64,000 nt of DNA, taken from assembly GCA_965215185.1 (NCBI GenBank), contig OZ244034.1:2688001-2752000 (forward strand). Reading direction: 5' to 3'. Below, piece by piece: positions 9,975 through 20,201 of this stretch; within the stretch, counting starts at the first letter, position 1; each line of letters starts with the position of its first letter. The stretch comes from Acidimicrobiia bacterium. GTDB taxonomy: Bacteria > Actinomycetota > Acidimicrobiia > Spongiisociales > ZC4RG35. The position numbers and the translations under genes are program-made. The notes beneath the pieces were generated by a model. That model made no database searches, was not told the DNA's origin, and saw only the letters and a list, made by a program, of their open reading frames with translations.

Positions 9975-10901
9975 TTAGAGGCTACGTCCGCCTTCGATGA
10001 CGATCACCTGTCCGGTGATGAAAGATGACTTATCCGAGCAGAGGAAAGCGATCAGGTCAGCGATCTCTTCAGGTTGGCCAGTTCTACGTAAAGGGGTGCT
10101 CTTGACCAGCATCTCCTTCACCTCGGGCGGCATGGATCGGGTCATGGCGGTTTCGGTAAGTCCCGGCGCCACGGCATTGCAACGAACCCTAGGCGCCAGT
10201 TCTCGGGCAACGCAGGCCCTGGTCATGCCCACAAGCCAAAAACCTCCCTTGGGACATGCCACGGTAATTCACCGTTTGGATCTGAGGAACGATGACGATC
10301 ACCTGTCCGGTGATGAAAGATGGCCGATCAGCTTCTCCAGATATGCGCGGGACGGAAAGGCTTACCACCGCCGATCCCTCTCCCAGATGCAACGAACCCT
10401 AGGCGCCAGTTCTCGGGCAAAGGCCCTGGTCATGCCCACCAAACCTCCCTTGGACATGCCGTAATTGAACTGGCCGAAGCTTCCCAGATATGCGCGGGAG
10501 GAAAGGCTTACCACCGCCGATCCCTCTCCCAGATAAGGGATCAGCCGCCGGGTCAATAGATACGAAGCTCCAAGATTCACACCGATCACCGACGCGAAGT
10601 CCTCGTCTGTCATTTTCACCAATCGGGCATCCCGGAGGATGCCGGCGTTATTGACTAGCGCCGCCACCTCTCCGCCTCGATTCACCACCGCCGCCGCAAC
10701 AGTTTCTCTGCCTTCGTTGGTGAAGAGGTCGGCCACCAATCCAGTTGCTGTATCCCCCCCGCCAAGGGTGGCGGCTGTCTCTTTGACCGTGGGATCAACA
10801 TCCACCATCAGGGTGTGATACCCGTCTTCGATAAGTCGCGCGGAAATCGCCCGTCCGATCCCTCGCCCGGCGCCGGTGACCACAGCCGTTGGCCTGGTCA
10901 T
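9975..10901 (-). pseudogene. FabG-like SDR interrupted by a 210-bp internal mosaic duplication (probably intact in vivo)
   Basis: TGAGRGIG, NNAGI, YGMSK in the 5' part; NAVAPG..ITGQVI in the 3' part. Removing 10178-10387 restores a 238-aa ORF. Confidence 0.8.
10178..10533. repeat. Imperfect tandem duplication: 10178-10387 equals 10388-10533 plus 64 inserted nt
   Basis: Hand alignment gives ten insertions, no substitutions or deletions. Confidence 0.9.
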
Positions 10902-11353
10902 GGGAGCGCCCTTGCCAAATGGGTCGAACCCAGGCGGATCAGCTCACCGGTGGTGCCTGGCCGGTCAAGGAGCCTGGCAATCCAATTGGCGACCACCTGC
11001 GGATCGGTGGATTCGTCAGTGGCCAGCACATTGACCGGTATGCCGGCCCGGACGGTCTCCTGCGCCAGATCACGGGCCGCTGACAAGATGCCGGTGGCCA
11101 CCATAGCTTTTCCTGCGCCCCGTCTACCCAATAGATCGGCGCTTTCTACCACATACACGACCGGCGCTCCCGCCCGTGCTGCTTCCCGAGAGAGCACGAA
11201 CGCCTCGGTCATCTCGTCGAGCACATCTTCCCATTTGTCGCCGAGGGCTTTATCGGCCCAGAACACCAAACCTTGGGCTGTAGTACCGGGTTCTACCCCT
11301 GCCTGGGCCAACCTCTGCTGCCACTCGCAAGGAACTCTCAGATAACTACGCAT
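10898..11353 (-). CDS. Degenerate SDR-like small protein, translationally coupled to the SDR
   Basis: ARDLAQE..GIPVNVL..TTGELIRL resembles the SDR C-terminal half; no TGxxxGxG or YxxxK; ATGA overlap with the SDR. Confidence 0.65.
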   Translation of the reverse strand: MRSYLRVPCEWQQRLAQAGVEPGTTAQGLVFWADKALGDKWEDVLDEMTEAFVLSREAARAGAPVVYVVESADLLGRRGAGKAMVATGILSAARDLAQETVRAGIPVNVLATDESTDPQVVANWIARLLDRPGTTGELIRLGSTHLARALP

Positions 11354-11569
11354 GACGTCTAAAGCTACATACCTCGGGAATTCACATTCTGCGGATTTGT
11401 AGATCAGCCCCGGTCGCCCGTGTCTCTATGTTGGCGCAACTGGTGTGTTGGAAATCACCAGGCAAGGTCTAGAGTGGGGGCCAAGGTGTTTGGTGCGCGA
11501 ATTCTATTCCTGCTTTTTAGGTTGTTATTTCACATTGTGGCGCCGCCCACCACGGTCGGCCAGGACCAG

Positions 11570-11929
11570 GTGGGCACCTTAAAAAGGGGAGACTCCTCCC
11601 GTAGATCGGATGAGCTCGGCAGAGAAACTTCTGAAGGAGACACCGGGGGGCCGCCACGTTAGGGAGAAAACGACCGCCAAAGCAACTATGCGGGTGGCGA
11701 CGAAACTGGACACTTTGAAGGTGATGGCAATGATGAGCATGTGGGTGGCGCTTGCAGCAGCCAAAAGCGGGATCACCGGGGATTCAGCCAAGACGGTGTC
11801 CACCGAGAAACCGACAGTTATTACGGTCCAGATGGTTTTGACATTTACGGATACGATCAGGAGGGCTATGACCTGGAGGGATACGACTCTGAGGGATACA
11901 ACAGGCGAGGATCCCTTAGGCGCGCCTAA
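11570..11929 (+). pseudogene. Acidic protein with GYDxE pentapeptide repeats, interrupted by an in-frame TAG
   Basis: GFDIYGYDQEGYDLEGYDSEGYNRRG; the frame continues upstream through TAG 11660-11662 to GTG 11570, preceded by AGGA. Confidence 0.5.
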
Positions 11930-11943
11930 ACGTGTTGAGAGAA

Positions 11944-13152
11944 TTACTGCGGCGGGTTCTCTCCGTCAACTGCGGCTCCCTCACGCACGAGTTTGCCAAT
12001 CTCCATTTGTGTGGCGCCCAGTTCGGCCAGCACCTCAGCGGTGTGTTCGCCCAGAGCCGGGGCGGGATTATCGGAGCGAACGGATTCGGAGTTCACCCGA
12101 AAAGGTGAACCGGTGTGCGTCCAGGAACCCAATCGCGGGTGGCTTTCCTCATAGAACATCTCCTGATGGAGCGCTTGGGGATCTTCCATGACTTCGGGTA
12201 GGGTGAGAACCTTCCCCACCGGCACTCCAACCGACCTGATCGCTTCCACCCAAGCATCCACATTCCTGGTCGCAAAGATCCCTCCCAACTCTTGCGCTAT
12301 TACTTCTCTGTGGGCCACACGGTCAGGGTTGGTCGGATAGCGATCCGTCAAATCGGGTCGGTCGATTACCTCGCAGAGTCTCCGAAAGTGGGCGTCCGCC
12401 ACTATCGCCACAGCTAGGAATCCCCCCTGGGCCTCAAAGAGTTGATTAGGGGCAGTGAAGGGAGAGGCGGTACCCAACCGGGGCGGTTGTCCTTCTTCAG
12501 CCACGGCGATGGCATTCCAAGTCGACTGAGCGGCGATCAACCCGTCTCGTAGAGACACCTCCACCTTCTTTCCCCTGCCGGTTCTGGCCCGTTCCACCAA
12601 AGCGGCGCAAATGAGGAAAGCGATGTTGGTTCCCGCCAGGAAATCTCCGATGGTGGTGGCAGTCTTTTGGGGCGGGTCGTCGGCGTGGCCGGCGATGGAG
12701 ACCATCCCGGACTCAGCCTGAAAGATCAGGTCGATTCCCGGTCGGGCGGCGTCGGGGCCTTCGGTTCCGAACGCCGAAACCACCGCGTAGACGAGTGCGG
12801 GGTTGGTCTTTCTCACATCGGATTCCCCCAGACCCATCCGCTCCATTGCCCCATGACGGAGATTGTGCAGCAGCACATCGGCGGTGCTGACCAGTTCGAC
12901 CAGCCATCGCCGGGCCTGAGGATGGCGGGGATGAAGCGCCACCGACCGCTTTCCCCGGTTCATGGCCAGGAAAAAGGCCGATTCCCCGGCTACGAAGGGA
13001 GGAAACGCCCGTGACAGGTCGCCGCTGGGCGGTTCCAATTTGATCACCTCTGCCCCCAGGTCGGCCAAGGCCATGCCTCCGTAAGGGGCGCCCACCAGGT
13101 TGCCCATCTCCACCACCCTGATCCCCGACAGGGGACCAGACGGGATGCTCAC
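11944..13152 (-). CDS. CaiB/BaiF family III CoA transferase
   Basis: LADLGAEVIKLE, NRGKRS, TIGDFLAG, APALGEHT; GTG start overlaps the thiolase stop. Confidence 0.93.
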   Translation of the reverse strand: MSIPSGPLSGIRVVEMGNLVGAPYGGMALADLGAEVIKLEPPSGDLSRAFPPFVAGESAFFLAMNRGKRSVALHPRHPQARRWLVELVSTADVLLHNLRHGAMERMGLGESDVRKTNPALVYAVVSAFGTEGPDAARPGIDLIFQAESGMVSIAGHADDPPQKTATTIGDFLAGTNIAFLICAALVERARTGRGKKVEVSLRDGLIAAQSTWNAIAVAEEGQPPRLGTASPFTAPNQLFEAQGGFLAVAIVADAHFRRLCEVIDRPDLTDRYPTNPDRVAHREVIAQELGGIFATRNVDAWVEAIRSVGVPVGKVLTLPEVMEDPQALHQEMFYEESHPRLGSWTHTGSPFRVNSESVRSDNPAPALGEHTAEVLAELGATQMEIGKLVREGAAVDGENPPQ

Positions 13153-14357
13153 ACCCTTTCCACCACCAGAGAAATCCCTTGTCCTACCCCTATGCACATA
13201 GTGGCCAGTCCGTAGCGTGACCCCCGCCGGGCCAGTTCGTGAACCAGGGTGGTGAGGATACGGGCACCCGAGCAGCCCAGAGGATGACCCAAGGCGATGG
13301 CGCCCCCGTTTACGTTCACCCTGTCGGGGTCAATGCCCAACTCGTTTCGGCAGGCAACGGCTTGTGCGGCGAATGCCTCGTTTAGCTCCACCAGATCCAG
13401 ATCGTCAACGCCCAGGCCAGCTCGAGCCAAGGCCTTCTCAGTAGAGGGGACCGGTCCGATGCCCATCAGGTCGGGATGCACTCCGGCCACTCCCGAGGAG
13501 ACCAACCGGGCCATGGGGGTCAACCCGGCTCTTTCCAATCCGGCGGCGGTTGCCAGGATCAGCGCGGCGGCCCCGTCATTCATTGGTGAGGCGTTGCCGG
13601 CAGTTACCGTGCCGCCCTCTCTGAACACCGGGCGGAGTCGCCCTAGGGCTTCCATTGAAGTGTTGGTACGGGGACCCTCATCGGAAGTAATCAAGGCGAT
13701 GGTGCGCTTTTTGGGGCCCACCGGCGCTTCTATCGGAACGATCTCGTCGTCGAACCGTCCGGCCTGTTGGGCGGCCACGGCTCGCTGGTGGCTCGTCAAA
13801 GCAAAGCGATCCTGATCGGTGCGTGTAACCCCATACTTGGAGGCGACCTCCTCGGCGGTTTCACCCAGGGTGATGGGTGGATACATGGCCTGCATGCGAG
13901 GGTTAGTTAACCGCCATCCCAGAACGGTGTCCACCATCTGCGGCGCTCCCACCGCGTACCCGCGTTCGGGTTTGGTGACCACGAAAGGAGCGCGGCTCAT
14001 CGCCTCCGACCCGCCGGCGATCATTATCTCCCCCCATCCCGAAGCCAGACCCTGAGCGGCGGTGATGACCGCCTGCAAGCCCGACCCGCACAGGCGGTTG
14101 ACGGTCTGCCCGGTGATCTCGATTCCCAATCCGGCCAGTAGAGCGGCCATCCGGGCCACGTTACGGTTATCCTCCCCGGCCTGATTGGTGGCGCCCCACA
14201 CCACATCTTCGATGTCCATTGCGGTCAAGGTGGGGTTGCGTTCCATCAGGGCGCCTACTACATGGGCTGCCAAGTCGTCGGGTCGGACAGCCGCCAGTTG
14301 TCCTCCGATTCGCCCCATGGGGGTGCGGCACGCATCGGCGATGAAAACTTCAGTCAT
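13149..14357 (-). CDS. Thiolase (acetyl-CoA C-acyltransferase, PaaJ/PcaF-like)
   Basis: NRLCGSG, NEAFA, GHPLGCSG, TMCIGVGQG. Confidence 0.95.
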   Translation of the reverse strand: MTEVFIADACRTPMGRIGGQLAAVRPDDLAAHVVGALMERNPTLTAMDIEDVVWGATNQAGEDNRNVARMAALLAGLGIEITGQTVNRLCGSGLQAVITAAQGLASGWGEIMIAGGSEAMSRAPFVVTKPERGYAVGAPQMVDTVLGWRLTNPRMQAMYPPITLGETAEEVASKYGVTRTDQDRFALTSHQRAVAAQQAGRFDDEIVPIEAPVGPKKRTIALITSDEGPRTNTSMEALGRLRPVFREGGTVTAGNASPMNDGAAALILATAAGLERAGLTPMARLVSSGVAGVHPDLMGIGPVPSTEKALARAGLGVDDLDLVELNEAFAAQAVACRNELGIDPDRVNVNGGAIALGHPLGCSGARILTTLVHELARRGSRYGLATMCIGVGQGISLVVERV

Positions 14358-14383
14358 TAGGGATGGCCTTTCCTGGATGTCTG

Positions 14384-14686
14384 CTATCCAAATGTATACG
14401 GTCGATTGGTCGAACCGGCGGCGGTTATGTGACGGGCGAGAATTCCTGCAAAATGCTGTGCCCAATCGGCGCCCTCCGGCCACTCCTTGTAGGCCTTCAC
14501 CAGCAAGTAGGTCAGTTCGCTTTTGGTGACTTCCCGGGGTAGAAATTCCTGGATGGGCTCCCAGAAGTATTCTGCATACCAGATGGGCCATTCGGGATCC
14601 CAACCTTCGATTTCCAAGAACGCCTGGTGGTGGGCCGGACCTGACCGGTTAATCAGGTCGATTAGTCGGGGGTCAGGAGATGACAC
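14384..14686 (-). CDS. Small hypothetical protein (HHxAF..DPEWPxWYA motif)
   Basis: Protein-like composition; co-oriented, 26 bp upstream of the thiolase. Confidence 0.7.
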   Translation of the reverse strand: MSSPDPRLIDLINRSGPAHHQAFLEIEGWDPEWPIWYAEYFWEPIQEFLPREVTKSELTYLLVKAYKEWPEGADWAQHFAGILARHITAAGSTNRPYTFG

Positions 14687-14811
14687 GTTGTGAGCGCCTT
14701 TCTAGTTGGGGGCGACTTCTTGTTTGGCATTATGGTGGGAAAAGACCTACAGGCAACGCTCGGGAGCGTTTGGCTGATGGCAAGTCCCTTTATAAGCGAG
14801 GATACGCCGAT

Positions 14812-15867
14812 ATGAGCCCCAACAGCCGGTTGGCGGGTTTGGAATTAATGGACTTGACCTTCAGTTATCCGGATGCCTCCAAACCGGCCGTGAACGGGTT
14901 GGACCTGGTGGTTGAACCTGGTGAACTGGTTTGTCTGCTGGGTCCTTCCGGGTGCGGAAAGACCACCATCTTGAAGGCGATTGCCGGGTTGTTGACGCCT
15001 AACAGGGGAGACATCCGAATGAACGGCGAATCGCTGGTGGGCGTTCCAACGGAGAAACGCTCCATCGGAATGGTGTTTCAAAAGCCCCTGCTGTTTCCTC
15101 ATCTGAGTGTGGGCGCCAACGTAGCCTTCGGGCTGAGAATGCGTCGCCTCGACCCGGCGCTTATCAAGGCTCGGGTTGGGGAGATGCTGCGGCTGGTGCA
15201 ACTGGAAGGAATGGAAGACCGTCGGGTAACCGAGATTTCTGGGGGACAAAGCCAACGGGTGGCGTTGGCCAGGGCACTGATCATTGAACCAGGGTTGTGG
15301 CTACTGGACGAGCCCCTCAGTCAGTTGGACGCCAACCTGCGGGAAGAAATGCGCGAGTTGATCCGTTCCATCCAAAGACAACTGGGCGTAACCACCTTGT
15401 TTGTCACTCACGACCAGGAGGAGGCTGTGGTGCTGGCCGACCGAATTGGCCTGGTGCTGGAAGGCCGGCTTCAGCAAATCGGCCCCCCCACCCAACTCTT
15501 TGAAACCCCCGCCACGGTGGAGGTGGCCAGGTTCTTCGGTGGACACAACCAGGTCGAAGGGATGGTGGAGGAAGAACAGTTTCGTTGCGAGCTGGGGATC
15601 TTCAAGATCGGACGTCAGATCCCATCCGGGCCGGGGATAATGGTTATACGCCAAGAAGCTGTGGAACTGGGGGAGGGAGAGAATTCCTTCCTTGCCCGGG
15701 TGGAGGACGCCCGGTACCTGGGGACCCATCAGCAGGTCAACTTGTTGGCGGGGGAGCTCTCTTTGGCGATGCAAGCCTCTTCCCACCACCTTTTCAGCCC
15801 GGGTCAGACCGTGGAAGTGCGCCTCCCACCCGATCGAATCTGGGTTATCCCGTCCCGGGGCCTTTAG
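14812..15867 (+). CDS. ABC importer ATP-binding subunit (PotA/FbpC-like, TOBE tail)
   Basis: GPSGCGKTT, ISGGQSQR, LLDEP, VTHDQEEA; no permease adjacent. Confidence 0.93.
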   Translation: MSPNSRLAGLELMDLTFSYPDASKPAVNGLDLVVEPGELVCLLGPSGCGKTTILKAIAGLLTPNRGDIRMNGESLVGVPTEKRSIGMVFQKPLLFPHLSVGANVAFGLRMRRLDPALIKARVGEMLRLVQLEGMEDRRVTEISGGQSQRVALARALIIEPGLWLLDEPLSQLDANLREEMRELIRSIQRQLGVTTLFVTHDQEEAVVLADRIGLVLEGRLQQIGPPTQLFETPATVEVARFFGGHNQVEGMVEEEQFRCELGIFKIGRQIPSGPGIMVIRQEAVELGEGENSFLARVEDARYLGTHQQVNLLAGELSLAMQASSHHLFSPGQTVEVRLPPDRIWVIPSRGL

Positions 15868-16043
15868 CTGAGGGCCCGACTCACCCGGCTCTGCGCTTGA
15901 GTCCCACACATGTGGACATCGGCCACTCCACAATCTGTACATGAGAGCTCTTTTGCGGCCAGCACCGAGGCAGGGGCGTGCCGGGTGGTGTAAGGGTTAT
16001 GCTTGAACGACAGGGTTTTCGTCCAAGAATCAAGGAGAAAATA

Positions 16044-16766
16044 ATGACCACCGACTGGAAAGATCTTTCCCTCCGGCTCACCGATCTGCTCGAACTGGAG
16101 CATGCCCCCATCGCCATTACGTTTTCGGAGGCGGGGGTGACCGCCGATAGTGAAATTGCGCCATTCGGAGGCCCGTTGTCAGCACCCACGCCCGACGGGC
16201 GATCAGGCGCGGTTCCGGCGCCCTGCGTTTTTTGGATGCAAGCCCACACCCGTACTTTCTCCACCTCCCCCGCCGATCACGGCAACTGCTCCGTGGGCGA
16301 ATACACCCACGGATTGGTGGAAGCGGCTGACATTTTGGAAAGAGAAGACGTGGGCGCCCTCCTAGAGGTTGGCTGGGTGACCATGGAGGCTTTTGCCGGA
16401 GTGGCGGCCTTGGAGCGCCGTCCCAAGTCCATCATCTACGGCCCCCTTTCCGACACGGGCCACGACCCTGATGTCGTACTCCTGAGACTGAGTCCTCGCC
16501 AAGCTATGGAACTGGGTGATGCGGTTTCATTGCATCTGAGCGGAAAACCGCAGTGTCAGATACTCCCCATCGCCATCGACCAGGGCAAGGTAGCCCTGTC
16601 CATGGGCTGCGCCCTCTCCCGGGCCCGCACCGGCATGGGCGACGATGAACTCACCTGCGCCATTCCCCCCGGACAGCTTTCGGAGATTGTGGGGAACCTG
16701 GAAGGCGTGGTGGGCGCCGACAAGCAGGTAGTGGGCTACGCTCAAGCCGACGCCGCTCGCTTCTGA
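16044..16766 (+). CDS. DUF169 family protein
   Basis: Cys pattern PCVFW, HGNCSVG, PQC, MGCALSR; YGPL..PDVV; AGGAG RBS. Confidence 0.75.
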   Translation: MTTDWKDLSLRLTDLLELEHAPIAITFSEAGVTADSEIAPFGGPLSAPTPDGRSGAVPAPCVFWMQAHTRTFSTSPADHGNCSVGEYTHGLVEAADILEREDVGALLEVGWVTMEAFAGVAALERRPKSIIYGPLSDTGHDPDVVLLRLSPRQAMELGDAVSLHLSGKPQCQILPIAIDQGKVALSMGCALSRARTGMGDDELTCAIPPGQLSEIVGNLEGVVGADKQVVGYAQADAARF

Positions 16767-16857
16767 ATACCTGACCGTTCCCCGTCAACAGACCCCGGGA
16801 ATGAGAAATAACGCAGGGCAATAGACCAAGCCGGGTGATTGGCCGGTTCTTGTGCCC

Positions 16858-18039
16858 CTAGCTTGACAGCTCCCGATAGAGGGGAGTGGGAAAACGCGGG
16901 GTGATTTTCGCCCCGCCCAGCCATTCCTCCAGCCCTTGGGCGCGCTCAGCCACCAGGTGCTCGCCGTCGGCGCCGATGTCTTCAGTCAGCCGGTAGACGA
17001 CCCTCCCGTCGGGTCGCTGTCCCCAGCCGCCCACCACTCGGCCGCACCACCAGACGGTGGGCCCGGCGTTGCCGTTGCGGTCGAAGAGTCCATCCCACCG
17101 CTCCCCGAGGTACCAGTGGCGTTCCCGCCATCCCATTACGGTCGGATCGAGTCCCGGCAATAGGGCCGCCCACGGCGGTGGGGAGGGGATCGGGTTGAGA
17201 TCATCGGCCATTACCCATGCCGGTCCCGTGTTGACCTCCACTTCCTCCAGATCCAAGGCGGCCAGTGCCGGTCGCAGACTGCGCAGCGGCCATCCGGTCC
17301 ACCACTTGAGATCGGCCTCCGTCCCGGGGCCGTAGGTGCGGAGCCAACCCTCCACGAGTCGGGTCCGAGCGACGCCCTGATCCAGATCGGGAATGCCGCC
17401 GGGGAGTCGGGATTCCATGGCAACCCATCGGTACTGGCCACTCCGCCAGGTCCCCCGTGGACGTCCCCGCAGGATCCGTCCCTCGGTGGCCAAGAGAAAC
17501 AGCACCCGCGTGGAAACTCCCACCTTTCCGCCCCACTTCCTGCCCACGCCGAAGGTGAGGGTTTCCTTGAGTTCGGGCACATCTTCGCGAAGCTCGGTGG
17601 CCAGCGCCTCTCCCCGCCGGAGAATCGCTTCCACGGTGGCGTTTTCCACTTCTTGGAGCCACCGTGTCCCGTTTTCGGTTATGCCCTCTCCTTCCAGATA
17701 ACCCACCAGCCGACGTCGCTCGGCGGCTGCCAGCGGCAGGGCGCATCCATGGTGGAGCAGGGGGATCAGATCGACGGGCACCGCAAAAAGGGTCCGGCGC
17801 ATTCCCAAGATTCGGAATATGGAGGGTTGTTCATAGAGACAGGCCTTTATGTCTGATACCTTCAGCCCATTCATACGCGCCCACAGGGACAAAAACACCG
17901 TGGCAGGGTCGCTGGAATGGAGCCCCACCTGTTGGCGGGCGGCTTCCATGGGCGAGGCCGCTGGAAAGCCGCGATGCAGATGATGGCGGGAAGCGAGTCG
18001 GGCGCGTCTTTCCTCGACGCCGATCCGCCTTCTCACCAT
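16858..18039 (-). CDS. AlkZ/YcaQ-like winged-helix DNA glycosylase family protein (HTH_42)
   Basis: LHSSDP..LSLWAR, MRRTLF, YGPGT..DLKWW, LLPGLDP, GRVVGGW. Confidence 0.85.
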   Translation of the reverse strand: MVRRRIGVEERRARLASRHHLHRGFPAASPMEAARQQVGLHSSDPATVFLSLWARMNGLKVSDIKACLYEQPSIFRILGMRRTLFAVPVDLIPLLHHGCALPLAAAERRRLVGYLEGEGITENGTRWLQEVENATVEAILRRGEALATELREDVPELKETLTFGVGRKWGGKVGVSTRVLFLLATEGRILRGRPRGTWRSGQYRWVAMESRLPGGIPDLDQGVARTRLVEGWLRTYGPGTEADLKWWTGWPLRSLRPALAALDLEEVEVNTGPAWVMADDLNPIPSPPPWAALLPGLDPTVMGWRERHWYLGERWDGLFDRNGNAGPTVWWCGRVVGGWGQRPDGRVVYRLTEDIGADGEHLVAERAQGLEEWLGGAKITPRFPTPLYRELSS

Positions 18040-18090
18040 GGGTATATCACCTTACGACAAGACCCTTATCACAGCCATAAGAGAAGCGAC

Positions 18091-18131
18091 GGGTCGTCCC
18101 GGTGGAATGTGTGTCCAGTCCGGGACGACCC
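18091..18131 (-). terminator. Stem-loop downstream of trpB2
   Basis: gggtcgtcccgg ... ccgggacgaccc, 12-bp perfect stem. Confidence 0.55.
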
Positions 18132-18145
18132 TGGGGCGGGTGCGT

Positions 18146-19504
18146 CTAAGCAACCACCGGAACGCTCTTCATGGCTTCGGCGACCTTCTCGTCGGGGTAC
18201 TCATAATCGGTGAAACCGCCGGCGAGATAGTTGTCGTAGGCAGCGAGGTCGAAGGATCCGTGTCCGCACAGGGCGGTGAGGATCACCTTTTCCTCGCCGC
18301 TTTCGCGACACTCGTTCGCCACCCGGATGGCCGAAGCCAGAGCATGGGCGGGCTCCGGCGCTGGAACGATACCTTCGGTGCGGGCGAACTGAACGCCAGC
18401 CGCGAAGCACTCCGTCTGTCCGATCGCCTCCGCCTCGATCAATCCCGACTCGTAGATGTGGGACAGCAAAGGCGACATGCCGTGGTAGCGCAAGCCCCCG
18501 GCATGGATCGGGTCGGGAACAAAGGAGTGCCCGAGGGTGTGCATCTTGATGAGGGGGGTCATACCGATGGTGTCCCCGAAGTCGTACCGGTACTCGCCCT
18601 TGGTGAAGGAAGGGCAGGAAGCTGGCTCCGACGCCCGAATCACCGGGTTGATCCTTCCGGCCAGCTTTTCCCGAAGGAAGGGGAAAGCCAAGCCCGAGAA
18701 GTTGGAGCCGCCTCCCGTGCATCCCACGATCACGTCGGGAGTTTCTCCCGCCATCGCCATCTGGTCGAGGGCTTCTTCTCCGATCACGGTCTGGTGAAGC
18801 AAGACATGGTTGAGGACGCTTCCCAGCGCGTACTTGACATCGGGGGAGCCGGCGGCCATCTCTACCGCCTCGGAGATGGCGATCCCCAGGCTCCCCGGAG
18901 AATCGGGGTCGGCGGCAAGCACGGTCCGCCCGGCATTGGTCACCTCCGACGGTGAGGCGTGGACTGTGGCGCCCCATATTTCCATTAGCGACTTGCGGTA
19001 GGGCTTTTGGTTGTAGGAGGCCCGAACCATCCAGACTTCGCATTCCAGACCGAACATGGCGCAAGCCAAAGACAAGGCAGATCCCCACTGTCCGGCGCCG
19101 GTCTCGGTGGTGAGTTTCCGCACGCCTTCTTGGGCGTTGTAGAAAGCCTGGGCTATCGCGGTGTTGGGCTTGTGCGAGCCGGCCGGGCTTCCGCCTTCGT
19201 ATTTGTAGTAAATACGAGCGGGGGTGTCGAGTGCCTTTTCCAAACTGAGAGCCCGAAAAAGAGGAGTGGGTCTCCACATTCGATAGACATCGAGGATCTC
19301 ACCGGGGATGTCGATCCGGGAATCCCCCGAGACTTCCTGGAGGATGAGAGCCATGGGAAACAGGGGAGCCAGATCCTCGGGCCCAACCGGCTGGTGGGTC
19401 CCAGGGTGAAGAACCGGCGGAGGGGGAGCCGGGAGGTCGGGAATGATGTTATACCAGCTGCTGGGTATCTGGGACTCGGTGAGAGTAAACTTCCTTTGAG
19501 CCAT
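18146..19504 (-). CDS. trpB2: TrpB2-type tryptophan synthase beta chain (stand-alone)
   Basis: GSHKPNTA (PLP Lys), [24 protein letters not shown]. Confidence 0.95.
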   Translation of the reverse strand: MAQRKFTLTESQIPSSWYNIIPDLPAPPPPVLHPGTHQPVGPEDLAPLFPMALILQEVSGDSRIDIPGEILDVYRMWRPTPLFRALSLEKALDTPARIYYKYEGGSPAGSHKPNTAIAQAFYNAQEGVRKLTTETGAGQWGSALSLACAMFGLECEVWMVRASYNQKPYRKSLMEIWGATVHASPSEVTNAGRTVLAADPDSPGSLGIAISEAVEMAAGSPDVKYALGSVLNHVLLHQTVIGEEALDQMAMAGETPDVIVGCTGGGSNFSGLAFPFLREKLAGRINPVIRASEPASCPSFTKGEYRYDFGDTIGMTPLIKMHTLGHSFVPDPIHAGGLRYHGMSPLLSHIYESGLIEAEAIGQTECFAAGVQFARTEGIVPAPEPAHALASAIRVANECRESGEEKVILTALCGHGSFDLAAYDNYLAGGFTDYEYPDEKVAEAMKSVPVVA

Positions 19505-19580
19505 AGTCGATCCTCGTTTCTTTACCAGATTGCTTTCGGCTGCTGATGATGATAGAGAACCCAATAACCTAGGTGTGCAG

Positions 19581-20159
19581 ATGACTGTTAGTTCTCCCAC
19601 CTCCCTTCCTTGGACGAACAATCCCGAGGCCGATCGCCTTCTGGCCACCGACAGCCTGGCGCTACTGGTCGGGATGTTGCTGGATCAACAGTTTCCCATG
19701 GAACGGGCGTTCTTCGGCCCTTACCTCCTTCAGGAACGTCTGGGCCGTTCCTTGGATGCCGGGGAGATCGCCGACTGGGATCCGGAGGAAATGGCGATCA
19801 CCTTCCGTGGTCCGCCGGCTATCCATCGTTACCCGGCCTCCATGGCCAAGCGCACCCAGGCCCTGTGCCAAGCTCTGGTCGATGAGTACGACGGCGAGAC
19901 CGAGCGTCTGTGGAACGAAGCCGAGAGCGGACTGCAGTTGTACAGGCGCCTGATAAGTCTGCCCGGTTTTGGGGAGATGAAGGCCCGCGTGTTCGTGGGT
20001 GTGTTGGGCAAGCGTATGGGAGTTCGCCCGGATGGATGGGAAAGGGAAGCCGCCCAACGCCCCTCAATAGCCGATGTGGCCCGCTGGGAGGACGTGGCGG
20101 AGTTGCGGGCGCACAAGCGGGAGATGAAAGCCGCCGCTAAGGCCAAGACGAAGAAGTAA
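19581..20159 (+). CDS. HhH-GPD-type putative base excision repair protein
   Basis: [36 protein letters not shown]. Confidence 0.85.
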   Translation: MTVSSPTSLPWTNNPEADRLLATDSLALLVGMLLDQQFPMERAFFGPYLLQERLGRSLDAGEIADWDPEEMAITFRGPPAIHRYPASMAKRTQALCQALVDEYDGETERLWNEAESGLQLYRRLISLPGFGEMKARVFVGVLGKRMGVRPDGWEREAAQRPSIADVARWEDVAELRAHKREMKAAAKAKTKK

Positions 20160-20201
20160 CCGGGCAATCCTCACGGCAGAGGGTCGTCTATTCTTCGGAC
20201 C

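Noticed and set aside
9975-10533. Duplication as a DGR template/variable repeat pair
   Set aside because: Differences are insertions, not adenine-specific substitutions; no reverse transcriptase in the window.
11375-11455. Possible decayed copy of the CoA transferase 3' end
   Set aside because: Only short scattered matches; cannot be separated from chance by eye.
11610-12191. 193-aa plus-strand ORF
   Set aside because: Off-frame reading of the GYD-repeat ORF that overlaps the CoA transferase antisense.
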